Of a stretch of 64,000 nucleotides of DNA, positions 29,001 through 39,218 are shown piece after piece. The stretch is from the NCBI GenBank assembly GCA_001179505.1, contig CDMY01000908.1:62001-126000 (forward strand), written 5' to 3'. A model generated the notes under the pieces. It was given only the letters and a program-made list of their open reading frames with translations. It did not search any database and was not told the origin of the DNA. The DNA is from Vitrella brassicaformis CCMP3155 (lineage: Eukaryota > Protista > Chromerida). Each line of letters opens with the position of its first letter. The stretch's first letter is position 1. The translations under genes were made by a program, and so were the position numbers.

Positions 29001-31360
29001 GGCTGCCCGCCATCACTGTCCTCGGCTCCCTCGTCCACGCCCACATACGGGTCAGGCGTTGTTTGCGGGGATGCTGCCGGGTGGGGATGATGGACTGTGG
29101 TGGTCATGCCGTCACGATGGGCAGGGGACGGTGACGCATGGACAGCCAGGGTGGGGGGGTTAGAGGGGGCCTGCTGCTGCTGCTGCTGCTGTCGCGGGAC
29201 TGTGACGGTGCCCGTTGTGTGCCGCAGGGAAGTGGCGGCATGGCCACCGTCCTCGTCAGAGGCACACCCACTGACGTGGTGAAAGGGGTCATGTGAAGGG
29301 GGGTGGCTGTTGGTCAGGGACATGGTGCCGTTGTCCCTCCACTCGCTCATGTACTCTGCCGCCGATGTGGGGACGTCTGTGTGGGGCGTGCTGTCGGCCG
29401 ACTCGACAAGCGTGCCTGCCTTGGCCTGCTGCAGCTGCGCACTGAGGGATGGGATGGCGTCTCTGACGGTGGCCAGGCCCTCGGTGCTGCAGTGCTTGCA
29501 GTAGGGCACCAGAGGCTGCAGGTTGCCACGGGACGCCGTCTTGACGAACGGTGCGGTGGCGTGCCAGTAGGGTGCTTGGCTGGCCAGGGCCTCGAAGGCC
29601 GCCAGCCGCCCGCCCTCCTGCTTGGACAGGCAGAAGTCATCCTCGCGGCCCTCACCACCAGGGTAGACCATGACCTCCAGCCGACACACCCACTGACACG
29701 GGCTGAACAACAACGGCACGCCGCGACCGTTGCCCAGGGCCTCGTTGCTCACGCGCACCAGCGAGAAGGCCGGCTTCCCGCCCTCATCGCCACCCGGCTG
29801 ATGAATCTCGGGGATCTCACCGAGATTGGGGGCCTTGGCAATCGAATACAGACGACCGTGGACTACAGACCTGTGGTGTGGCCGCACACACAGCAGAGCA
29901 GAGAACAGCACAGCAGAGCAGAGCGGGCAGTTTGTCAGTCAGTCAGTCGGCATCGGGTATTGAGGCTGACTACACGGGACATGGCTCAGGTCACTCACCT
30001 CACGTCGCGTCTACTGACGAAGTCCTTTGACCACCAGGTCTCCCAGTCGACGCATACCCTCTCGACACGAACAACCCTCAGATAACCTGCAGCCAGGCAG
30101 TGAGTGCAACAGGAGCCATTGCCTCCCTCCCGTCTTGGGGTGTCTGTCTGTCTGTCTGCCTGCTGTGTGTGCCGCTTGTGGCTTCAACAGTGCCTGCCTA
30201 CCTTCGGCGAGTATGACGCCGAACATGCCTGGCCAGTCTGCCGGCGGCATGTCTGCTATGACGGACGGCAGGGTGTAGAGGTCCATGCCCTCCTCCTTCA
30301 AAACCTCCGTGATGGCGCTACCGCTGCCCGCCTGACGCCCCTCGTCCAGCAGCCGGTTGACTCGGTGGATCTCCCACAGGTACACCAACCAGGTGGCCGC
30401 CGACACCCGTGCCGCCAGGTCCGCGGGTGGGTCGGCCCCTGGGATGGCCGCTGGGTCCTCGATGGTCGTGAGCTCGTCCCACACGCCGCCGTGGTTCTGT
30501 GGCGAGAGGATCCTGGCGGCCACGTCGTCGAGGTCCTTGGTGAGCTGCACGGTGCCGTGACTGCCGCTGGCCACCAATGTGGATATGGTCATGGTGAGCT
30601 GCTCCCGAGAGCCAAACCGACGGAAGCACGAGGTGAACTGTGACGCCAGGCCCTCGTGGTTGGCCGAGGTGTCACAGAAGGTGACGGCCAACAGCATCCA
30701 GCAGATGGACGGCAGCCCGCCGTCCTTCATGCCAGGCAGCCGCCGCGCCTTCATCCACTGCTTGAGCAGCCGCATCACCTGACGCAGACCCGGCCGGTGC
30801 TTCAACACGGACTGGAAAAACGCCGTGTGCCGAATGGAATTCTCCGTGTTGACCGACACGTCGCAGATGACCGACTCGGTCCGCAGCGACAGGATGGGCA
30901 CCCTTGCTGACTCGACGAACTGGCACTGGCATGTCCGCAGCAGCTCCAGGGGGTCGTACGATGACGCATGGGAGGGCGGCGTCACGCCGGTGGTCTCATC
31001 CTCACCGTGCTGGGCACTCGCCCCATCCCCCTCTTGCCGCGAGTTGCTGACCGACAGCGGCGTGGCGTCGGCCTCGGGACGGGTGCGCATCTGCTGAAGT
31101 GCCCTCGAGATGGTCTGCAGAACCACCTTGCCCTCTCCGTATCGTCTGACGTCATTGACAAGGAGGACGACGTCCAGGTCACTGTGTCTCGTTTCGACGC
31201 CCCATGCGGTGCTCCCCGACACCTCCACTGTCACCTCCAGGTCTAGGCATGCTGCCGTAAAGCGCCGCAAACAGTCCAACAGCTCCTCCTTCTTCTCTCT
31301 TTCCTCGGGAGTCGGTGTGATACACTCCAAAACATCCTGCCACGCGTAGTCGCACTCCAT
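26013..31360 (-). CDS. Non-canonical poly(A)/poly(U) polymerase-type nucleotidyltransferase (Cid1/TRF4/GLD-2 superfamily) with a very long low-complexity C-terminus
   Basis: GSTAWGVETRHSDLDVVL (GS + DxD); SARVPIL; ICDVSVN (third Asp); LLKQWMKARRL..GGLPSICWMLL; PAP-associated TTIEDP. In-frame splicing through exons at about 30100-30000, 29870-28367, 28190-28040, 27955-27254 and 27145-26013. Confidence 0.85.
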
Positions 31361-31387
31361 GCCGAACGAAACCGCTAGCGAATCTCT

Positions 31388-31412
31388 GGGTTTGGCAGGG
31401 GTTCAGGGTTTT
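31388..31412 (-). promoter_or_regulatory. Telomere-like (telo-box-like) motif in the short bidirectional promoter between the nucleotidyltransferase and HPF1
   Basis: GGGTTTGGCAGGGGTTCAGGGTTTT; reverse complement contains AAAACCCTGAACCCC, resembling the AAACCCTGAAACCC core of the cassette motif. Confidence 0.3.
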
Positions 31413-31520
31413 TCAGCATTGCGAGCTTGAGACTTGGGGATCTTTCCTGGAAAACAAAGCCGTGAACTAAACAGCGGGTGCAACCCCAGCGTTTGGGTTG
31501 ATTGATTGGAAGATTCATCG

Positions 31521-33252
31521 ATGAGTGAGAAGGCGAAGCGGAGGGGTTCCGAGGCTGAGCCGGCTCAGAAGAGGATGCGGCCGGCGCTGACAGACGACGA
31601 CCGCAAAGTGCTTCAAAAGGCCATCCAGGTAAGACGAGAGGCCACGTACATCCAACGTAGCAGTGCTGTGTATTAATTAAGAGAGATGGATGCAATGCAG
31701 GAGCGGTTCTCTTTACGTGCACCTGAAGAGATGTTCGCCGTCATGGAGTGCTGTGCATCTATTGACCCTTGTCAACCCATGACGGCGCTCAGAGAATTCC
31801 ATGTGGAGCTCACAGGCAAGTCATCACGTGCATCTGACGAATCAAACATCTGCGGGCTCTTCTTGGTTCAGGTCCGTTTCGCCTGGTCAATGACTACATG
31901 TCGGCTCACGAGCTGCCACCTCATACAGATGACCTGGACGAACGGTTCTTCTACGGTGGGCTCTGCGGCCATGAGAGAGAGAGCAACAGGAGGGGACGGC
32001 CTTTTGTGCCGTGCAGACATGCCGGAGGTGTGCGTGGTAATGAAACGGACGGACCAAGGCGAGCAGCCAATGCACTGGGCATACTTCCGTGATGAGCCCG
32101 ATGAGGTGTGCAGCAGCCACGAAACAAGAGCACCACCCCAGAGCATTCATGGCTGTGTTCTGTATGTATCTGTGGGTCGGCCAGGAGCCTATCAGCGTTG
32201 TCGCAAACAAGCCATCCGAAGGAAGCACATTCCACGTTAGCCCCAACACGTATGTCACCTGTACACAGCGTCGCACCCGTTGTCCGGATGGTCTGGTCTG
32301 CAGGTGGCCAGCGAGAGTCTCATTGGGAGCATCGTCGCTCACTGCTCACGAGCTGAGAAACAAGCTGCCCACAAGAAAGACACGAAAGAGTAGCAAGGCA
32401 ACGAGCAAAAAGGCCAATCTTGAGTGGTCAGGTTGCATGCATGTTGCTGCCCTGCAGGTCGATTGCTGAGCGTTTCAGGGATGCCGCAGCTGTCAAGGGC
32501 ATATCGATTGCTGAGGGGCAAGGACCCAAGTGGCGCGAGCGCCAGAAAAGAGCTGTCGCAAAGGACCTCTTCGGTCAGTCAGTCACCTTTGACAGAAAAA
32601 CACAGCTAAACACGTCAGTCACACCCAGACGGTGGATGCTGGAGGTTTGTTTGTGGTCCCTCCCTCCCATCCGTGCCGTGCAGGGTTTGGTGTGGTGGTG
32701 CCGTATGACAAGAGGACGGAGGTCGGCTATCGCAATGTGGGGTACACAGCCAAGCAAATGCGAGAGCTGCTCGACAACTACCGCCATGCCAAGAGGGACG
32801 CCTCAAGGGCTGAGATAGAAACAATGATAACCAATGTGGGGCGTTAGTTACATACCCAGCGGAGAGAGCCCGAGGGAGGGAGGGAGGGAGGGAGGGAGGA
32901 GGGAGGCAAGACAACAAGAGCGCTTACAGAGAGACTGGCATGCAACACTGTGTGTGCAGGCACAGCTGGCTCTGGATGAGGGCGACAACGGCACCCCCGT
33001 GGAGATCGGCCGGGCCTTCCTCGCGGTCGACAAACTCACAGACAAGCCTGGCGTCACCCCAACGTTCAAGGCACCAGGACAGGTACCTGAAGAACCGACG
33101 ACTCGCAATCAATGAAACGTGTCGTGCCATTCATGTGTGTGCGTGTCGCGCAGGCGTTGCTCTCTGCCGTCTATCCCGTCCTGAACCGATCTGCATTTGT
33201 GTCTGCTCTCAACAGACTATTGGAAGCGAGGCAACAGCACTGTTCCAAGTGA
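31521..33252 (+). CDS. HPF1: Histone PARylation factor 1 (C4orf27/DUF2228)
   Basis: Spliced product matches HPF1 blocks: FSLRAPEEMF; FHVELTGPFRLV; ERFFYDMPE; HWAYFRDEPDE; GFGVVVPYDKRTEVGYRN; TNAQLALDEGDNG (human FVQFANDECDYG); LNRSAF. Confidence 0.85.
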
Positions 33253-33452
33253 TGCAGCAGTGCAGATGTATGTATGTGTGGTGTAGACTCAATCAATTGT
33301 CCATGACACTGCTCCGGCCAATGAATGTCTCGTAAGTATTTGTCTGTCTTGATCGATGCCACATGCATATTGCATTACCCATCAAGTTAGTCTTCCGCCA
33401 ACCTCTTCCCCATACACGCATGTGCCCCATTCTGAGCCTGTGGGCACATGCC

Positions 33453-33517
33453 AGACTTGCATTGCATTTGAGTGTGTGTGGGTGTGTGAATGCATCAGGC
33501 AGAGAGACGTGGGGAGT
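33453..33517. repeat. 65-bp perfect direct repeat, copy 1
   Basis: AGACTTGCATTGCATTTGAGTGTGTGTGGGTGTGTGAATGCATCAGGCAGAGAGACGTGGGGAGT is identical to 36117-36181. Confidence 0.9.
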
Positions 33518-35931
33518 GCCATTGCTTGTGGTGTTGCTCTTGTTGGCGCCGGTTGTGCCTCTCGGCAGTGTCCATTGGCGGGATTGCGCTGGTGCTGCTG
33601 CTGGTGTGGTGGTCATGGGTGCTGCAAATGTCTGGGCCACCGTCATGATTGATTGGCCTGGCCGCGTCGAGCTGTGGTGTGAGGGAGGCCGGTGGCCACA
33701 CGGAGGGCGGCGACATGGGGGGATTCTTGCGGCAGGCCGACGCCGCCTCATCGGCGGGTACGCTGCCCTTGGGCGGCTCCTTGGTCTGCGCACGGGAAGC
33801 GGCCGCCTTCTCCTTGCGAATTTTCTGGCCCAATTCGCAGAGGCCCTTGTATACCTGAACCACCCAACCACCCTGCCACCAGCACACACACACACACACA
33901 CACACAGACACACGTATGCACCGACTTGAGTCATTGACAGCTAAGCGGCAGAGTGCGTAAGTACGTACTCAGCCTCCTGCCTCCGTACCTCAAATGCGCA
34001 GTCCTGGGGCAGTGTGCAGCTGGGTTCGTGGCCGAACTCCAAGACATCAATGAGGCGCTGCGTGGCCCCCAGACGCTTCAACTCCTGGATGAGGCACCTG
34101 GCGGCATTCTGCACGTCGCGGGCCGCGGAGAGGTCCCCCGGTGGCTCGTGGCGGACGCCCGGCTGCTGCTCGGCCTCCTCAGGGATGGAGAAGACGATGT
34201 CGCCGCCCTGCTTGTGTAGCCGATCCATGTCCAGCAGGACGGGCTCGTACTCGTGCTGGTCAGGGCCACCGGTGGGCCCTCGCACGCCAATATTGCTCTC
34301 CTGAGCGATAGATAGATAGATAGATAAGCATCCACCCATCCACCCACCCACCCATCCATCCATCCATCCACCGACCCACCGAACGACCACACACGTGTCG
34401 TGTGTGTATGTGTGTATGTGTGGGTGTGTGGGTGTAGCAATGCACACACCAACCGGTGACCAACTGACTGACCCACTGCCTGACTGACTCACTTAACTAA
34501 CTTACGTGAATGTCCCCGTGAATGAGCCCGCTTCCGCCCAGGTACTCGACTGCACGCACGACCCCCTCGGCAATGGCCACCAGCGCCCTCTCCGAGAGCG
34601 GCCCCTCCAACTCACCCAGCGTCTCTGAAAACACCACACCACACCACACCACACACAGAGAGAGAGAGAGAGGGAGTCAGGGGTGAGCCACCTGGGGCTA
34701 CATGAGCTATCACCCCAAGAAAAACACGCAGGCACGAGCTTGCTTACTGTCGATCCACTCCATTTTGTATGCGGTGATGCCGTGGGGCGTTTCACCACTG
34801 TCCTGCTGACTCGGATGCCCATCGGAGGCGTTGGGCGTGACGTTGAAGATGGGCATTGGGATGTGGAAGATGTCCTCGACTCGGATGATGGTGCTGGGGG
34901 GCGACCTCTCGCGGCACTCGGCCGCCCACAGGTCGTTGCCAGTGCGATAGAAGCCGTCAACCTGACACACACAGGTGGTGTGGTGGTGCGTTTCGGGCTG
35001 TGTTTCCCTTCCCGGCCTTCTCTCCCTCTCCCTCTCCCTCTCNNNNNNNNNNNNNNNNNNNNNNNNNNNNNNNNNNNNNNNNNNNNNNNNNNNNNNNNNN
35101 NNNNNNNNNNNNNNNNNNNNNNNNNNNNNNNNNNNNNNNNNNNNNNNNNNNNNNNNNNNNNNNNNNNNNNNNNNNNNNNNNNNNNNNNNNNNNNNNNNNN
35201 NNNNNNNNNNNNNNNNNNNNNNNNNNNNNNNNNNNNNNNNNNNNNNNNNNNNNNNNNNNNNNNNNNNNNNNNNNNNNNNNNNNNNNNNNNNNNNNNNNNN
35301 NNNNNNNNNNNNNNNNNNNNNNNNNNNNNNNNNNNNNNNNNNCTCCCTCTCCCTCTCCCTCTCTCTCTGCATGTGCTGGCTGGCGGGTGTGCAGTGCGTA
35401 CCGTACCAGTTGCCTGTTGGCGTCGAGTATCTCGTGTGTGAGCAGCTTGACGGCCCACCGGCGCCCGGCGGCATCGGAGACAGACACGACGGTGCCGAAC
35501 CTCCCGACCCTCGGCGGCATCGCAAAGTCGACTGTGAGCCCCTTCTTGTCACACAGCCACCCCTGAACCAGCCAGCGAACGAACGAATGTATCACATCCA
35601 TCCATCCATCAACAGCACACACTCGTGTGCTCCATATGCACTCGCAGCCCTCCCGCTCTGAGCCTGGCTGGCTGGCTGGCTGGCTGAGCACCCGACTCAC
35701 TCCCTCCCTCACTCACCAGGGCCGTGTTGCCGCGTCGTCGGTACTCGGCGTTCGGCGACACAGGACGACCCGCCGCACACCCATCTGCCATGCAGCCAGC
35801 ATACACAACACAACACTTACATAATGGAGGGAGGGAGGGACCGCAGAAGAAACAAAGGCCTCACTCATTGGCATCCCGCCTCTGCGTGTGGCTGCCGCTG
35901 CTCCTCGCTCACCCTCACTGCACGCGCTCAT
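33495..35931 (-). CDS. Atypical protein kinase-like (kinase 2), spans assembly gap
   Basis: RVGRFGTVV (Gly loop), RWAVKLL, alphaC-like WAAECRER, YKMEWI hinge, LIHGDIH|ESNI, VLLDMD. Exons join in frame from MSACSE (35931). Confidence 0.65.
35043..35342. other. Assembly gap (300 N) inside a (CTCTCC)n intronic microsatellite
   Basis: Run of N flanked by CT-rich repeats. Confidence 1.
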
Positions 35932-36116
35932 TGGTCCGAAAACCTAAGACTCCAGGCTGCCTTGACACGGATAAAGAGAGAGCAGAACCGCTGCGAGCTA
36001 GCGATCCGCTCGTCAAGCCATATGATCCATCAAACAGCCCTCTCTCCGTGCAAATGGCCATTGTTTTCCAAGCAAGACAGCTTTCATCGCATAGAATAGG
36101 CAATGCATTGTGTGAT

Positions 36117-36181
36117 AGACTTGCATTGCATTTGAGTGTGTGTGGGTGTGTGAATGCATCAGGCAGAGAGACGTGGGGAGT
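36117..36181. repeat. 65-bp perfect direct repeat, copy 2
   Basis: Identical to 33453-33517. Confidence 0.9.
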
Positions 36182-36364
36182 TCTGAGACTATAGGCAGAG
36201 TTGCGCCTCGATCTGCGGGCCTACACGTCATTTCCTCAGCAATCAGCAAGGCCTGCAGCTGCCATCCGGCAGAGACATTCACGAGATATGCACACAGGGA
36301 TGTCTGCACACGCACACGAGTCCCGCTATTCACACGGATGGAGGGTCCTAATTGAGTGATGCAC

Positions 36365-39100
36365 TCACACGGGTGACAACTGATCATCGACCGACCCACA
36401 ACCATACAGGACCTCCTCGAGCGCATCAACCTGGGCCAGCCAATGCTCCCTGCCTAACGGGCTGCCACCGCCTCTGTACCCGTGGCTGCCGCTGCTGTGT
36501 GACGTCTGCCAGCGCCGTCTTGTGTGGTCCTCTGGCCGCTGGTTGGTCTGTGGGTGTGGCCCTGGGCACCCAGATGCCTGCCCGGAGGGACGCACACGGC
36601 AGCCGGCTGCCGGACGGTCCTCAACACGCTCAAGGCGGGAGGGGGAGGGGAGGGGGGCGTCAGGACGGGCCGGCTGAGCAGGGGAGATGTACTCACTCGG
36701 TGTCTGACGAGTGCACGCGGCCGTCTCGTCGGTGTCGCCGCTGTCATGTTGGCGGTGGTGCTGGTGATGGTCCTCCGGTCCTGGCTGCGTGTCGCCGGAT
36801 GGTGTCGCCGGGTGCTCTTGCTGCTGCTGCTGCTGCTGCTGCTGTGGCTCGGGCAATGACGCCTCGTCGGTGGCGGTGGTGTTGGTGAGCCACGGGTGCG
36901 CCAAGGCAGCCGACGCTGCAAAGAACACGGTGTATATCACCCAGTCAACCACAGACAGACAGACAGACAGACGAGAGATACACACATGAGCGAATCGATC
37001 GATTGGTCGATGGATTGATGGATGGATGGACAGATGCTCACTCTCTCACTAACTCGCTGGCTGCCTGCCTGACTGCCTGGCTGCCTGACTGACTGACTGA
37101 CCGGATGCGGTGCGTTTGTGTTTGTCGAACGTCAGGAGGCCGCGGATGAGGTCCTTGGCGGCCTCGGGCACATTATCATAACCCTTGAACCGAACCCCCT
37201 GAACGAACGAACGGACAAACGAGTGAGCCCACACACAACAGACAAACAAGGAGTGATGGACGGATTGCTTGATGCTTTGACTCCCACCCACCCACATGCT
37301 CACCCGTCTCATTGCGTTGAGGGCATTGCGGACATTGTGAGGCCGCCGATCAACACAGAAGAAGGGCAGCCGCCCCGTCAGCAACGCATACCTGACATAC
37401 ACACACACAGGGGCTATCAACGCAGGCAATGCAGCGGAACGGAAGGGAATGTGTATGTGCGTGCGTGTGTGTGTGTTGGGGGTGTTGTGTTGTTTAAGTT
37501 ACTTACAGGCAGACGCCCATGGCCCAGAGGTCGCTGGCCGGTCCGTAGTCACACGACTCCAGCACCTCGGGCGCCTGAATGAATGAAGCAGACGCAAAGA
37601 GCCGACAAACAAATGAACCAACAAGCGAATCAGCCAACCAACAAATGTAGCCATCCATCCGTCCATCCACTGCCTGCCTGGCTGGCTGCCTTGTCTGTCT
37701 GTCTGTTCCCTCCTGCTTGCTTGCTTACTGTGTAGTTGAGGGCTCCCCAGATGTCTGTGTGTCGGCCGGTGCCCGGCAGGAGGGCCGTGTCGAAGTCGAC
37801 AAGGATGACCCGCTTGCGCTCCGTCATGATGTTACGGAGCGACACATCACAGTGAGTGATCTGCAATGCAACCAACGGGCGGGCGGCCAATCAGGCAACC
37901 ATGCAAGGCAATCAGACAGACAGACAGACAGACAGACAGGCAGGCAGGTCGCCATCCATCCATCCATCCGTCAGTCCGACAATGGTAGGTTGGCTCGTGC
38001 GTGTGTGCGTGTGTGCGTATACACATATGTACGTTGTGTGAGTGGAGTTTCTGCAGGCCCTTGAGCGCGCCTTGGGCGATGTGGCGTGCGAGGTCGTGGT
38101 TGACGGGGAGGTCGCCGAGGCCCGTCTCGCAGTGCCCCCCGCCGATGAACTCCATGAAGATGTAGAAGAACTCCTTGTCCATGCGGATCGACCTGGTCCG
38201 ACACAGAGTGCCGCGCAGGATACCCAGGTCTATCAGCCGCTGGTACTTGGACACAAACTCACACTCGCTGCACATGGACGTCTCCAACCTGGACACACAA
38301 TACACAATAAATACGTACACCAGAGACGGACTACGTACAGGGCAGGCCGCACCGCACCGCATTGCATCCATCGCATGCACACCTGCCTGCCTGCCTGCCT
38401 GCCTGCCTTGTGTGGTGCGGCGGTGCCATGCCAACCAAAATACATACACACTGGATGGATGTGGGCAGTGAGTGAGTGAGTGGGTTGACCTACCTGAAGA
38501 GGCTCCTGGGGATGGCCTTGACCGCATACGAGGGGTCCTCAATCAGCGAAAGGGACAAATGGTATACCCAACCGTTGCTGCACACACAGTGCCACACACA
38601 CACAGAGAGAGAGAGATGGCTGGGTGAGTGGGGTGGCGTGGAGTGGGTGGCGTGCAGACCGAATACGGATGCCCATATGCATATGTCTGTCTGTCTGTCT
38701 GTCTGTGTCTCTGTGAATGTATGTACCTGCCGCGTCCGGCCTCGCCGAGGACCCTGAACCGCTCAGCCGCCAGCACATGGCCAAACGAATCAAACTCCTG
38801 CACTCACCGACACACACACACACGCACGCACGCACACACACACATGCATGCAGCCCTCTCGGGTGCTGCAGCCACTGAGGGCGGGGCGCCAAGCCTCCTC
38901 TCGACTGCCTGCCTGCCTGCCTGCCTGCCTGTGTGTGTGCCTGTGCGTCTGCGTGTGCGTACTTCGAGTGTGATGGCATTGCTGATGTCCTCGGGGGCCT
39001 CGGATGCCTTGCACTCACTGCGAATTGCACGGCCGCTCAAACTACTGGCGTCCTCCGGGGCGTTGGGCGGGGCAACAGAGCCGGGTAATATGACCGGCAT
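36365..39100 (-). CDS. Ser/Thr protein kinase, divergent (kinase 3), apparently intact
   Basis: LGEAGRGS|NGWVY; YAVKAIP; alphaC SECEF; YIFMEFI; ITHCDVSLRNIM; VILVDFDTA; WGALNYT|APEV; SDLWAMGVC; AAKDLIRGLL..KRT..AALAHPW; then a Q/H/P-rich tail to the stop at 36365. Confidence 0.85.
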
Positions 39101-39155
39101 TGCTGGCGAGTGCACTACGGCCGGACGTGATTACATGCGGACGGAGGAAGGTTTG

Positions 39156-39207
39156 GGGTTTCAAACCCTGAAACCCCTACCGGCGAGAAATCGCGCGGGA
39201 CAGAGAC
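39156..39207 (+). repeat. Cassette 5' motif, copy B (GGGTTTCAAACCCTGAAACCC...GGCGAGAAATCGCGCGGGACAGAGAC)
   Basis: Homologous to 5941-5998. Confidence 0.8.
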
Positions 39208-39218
39208 TCCACGGAGAG

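Noticed and set aside
31872-31970. LVNDY...LPPHTD resembling an AlkB/2OG-Fe(II) HxD motif
   Set aside because: The surrounding exons align throughout with HPF1.
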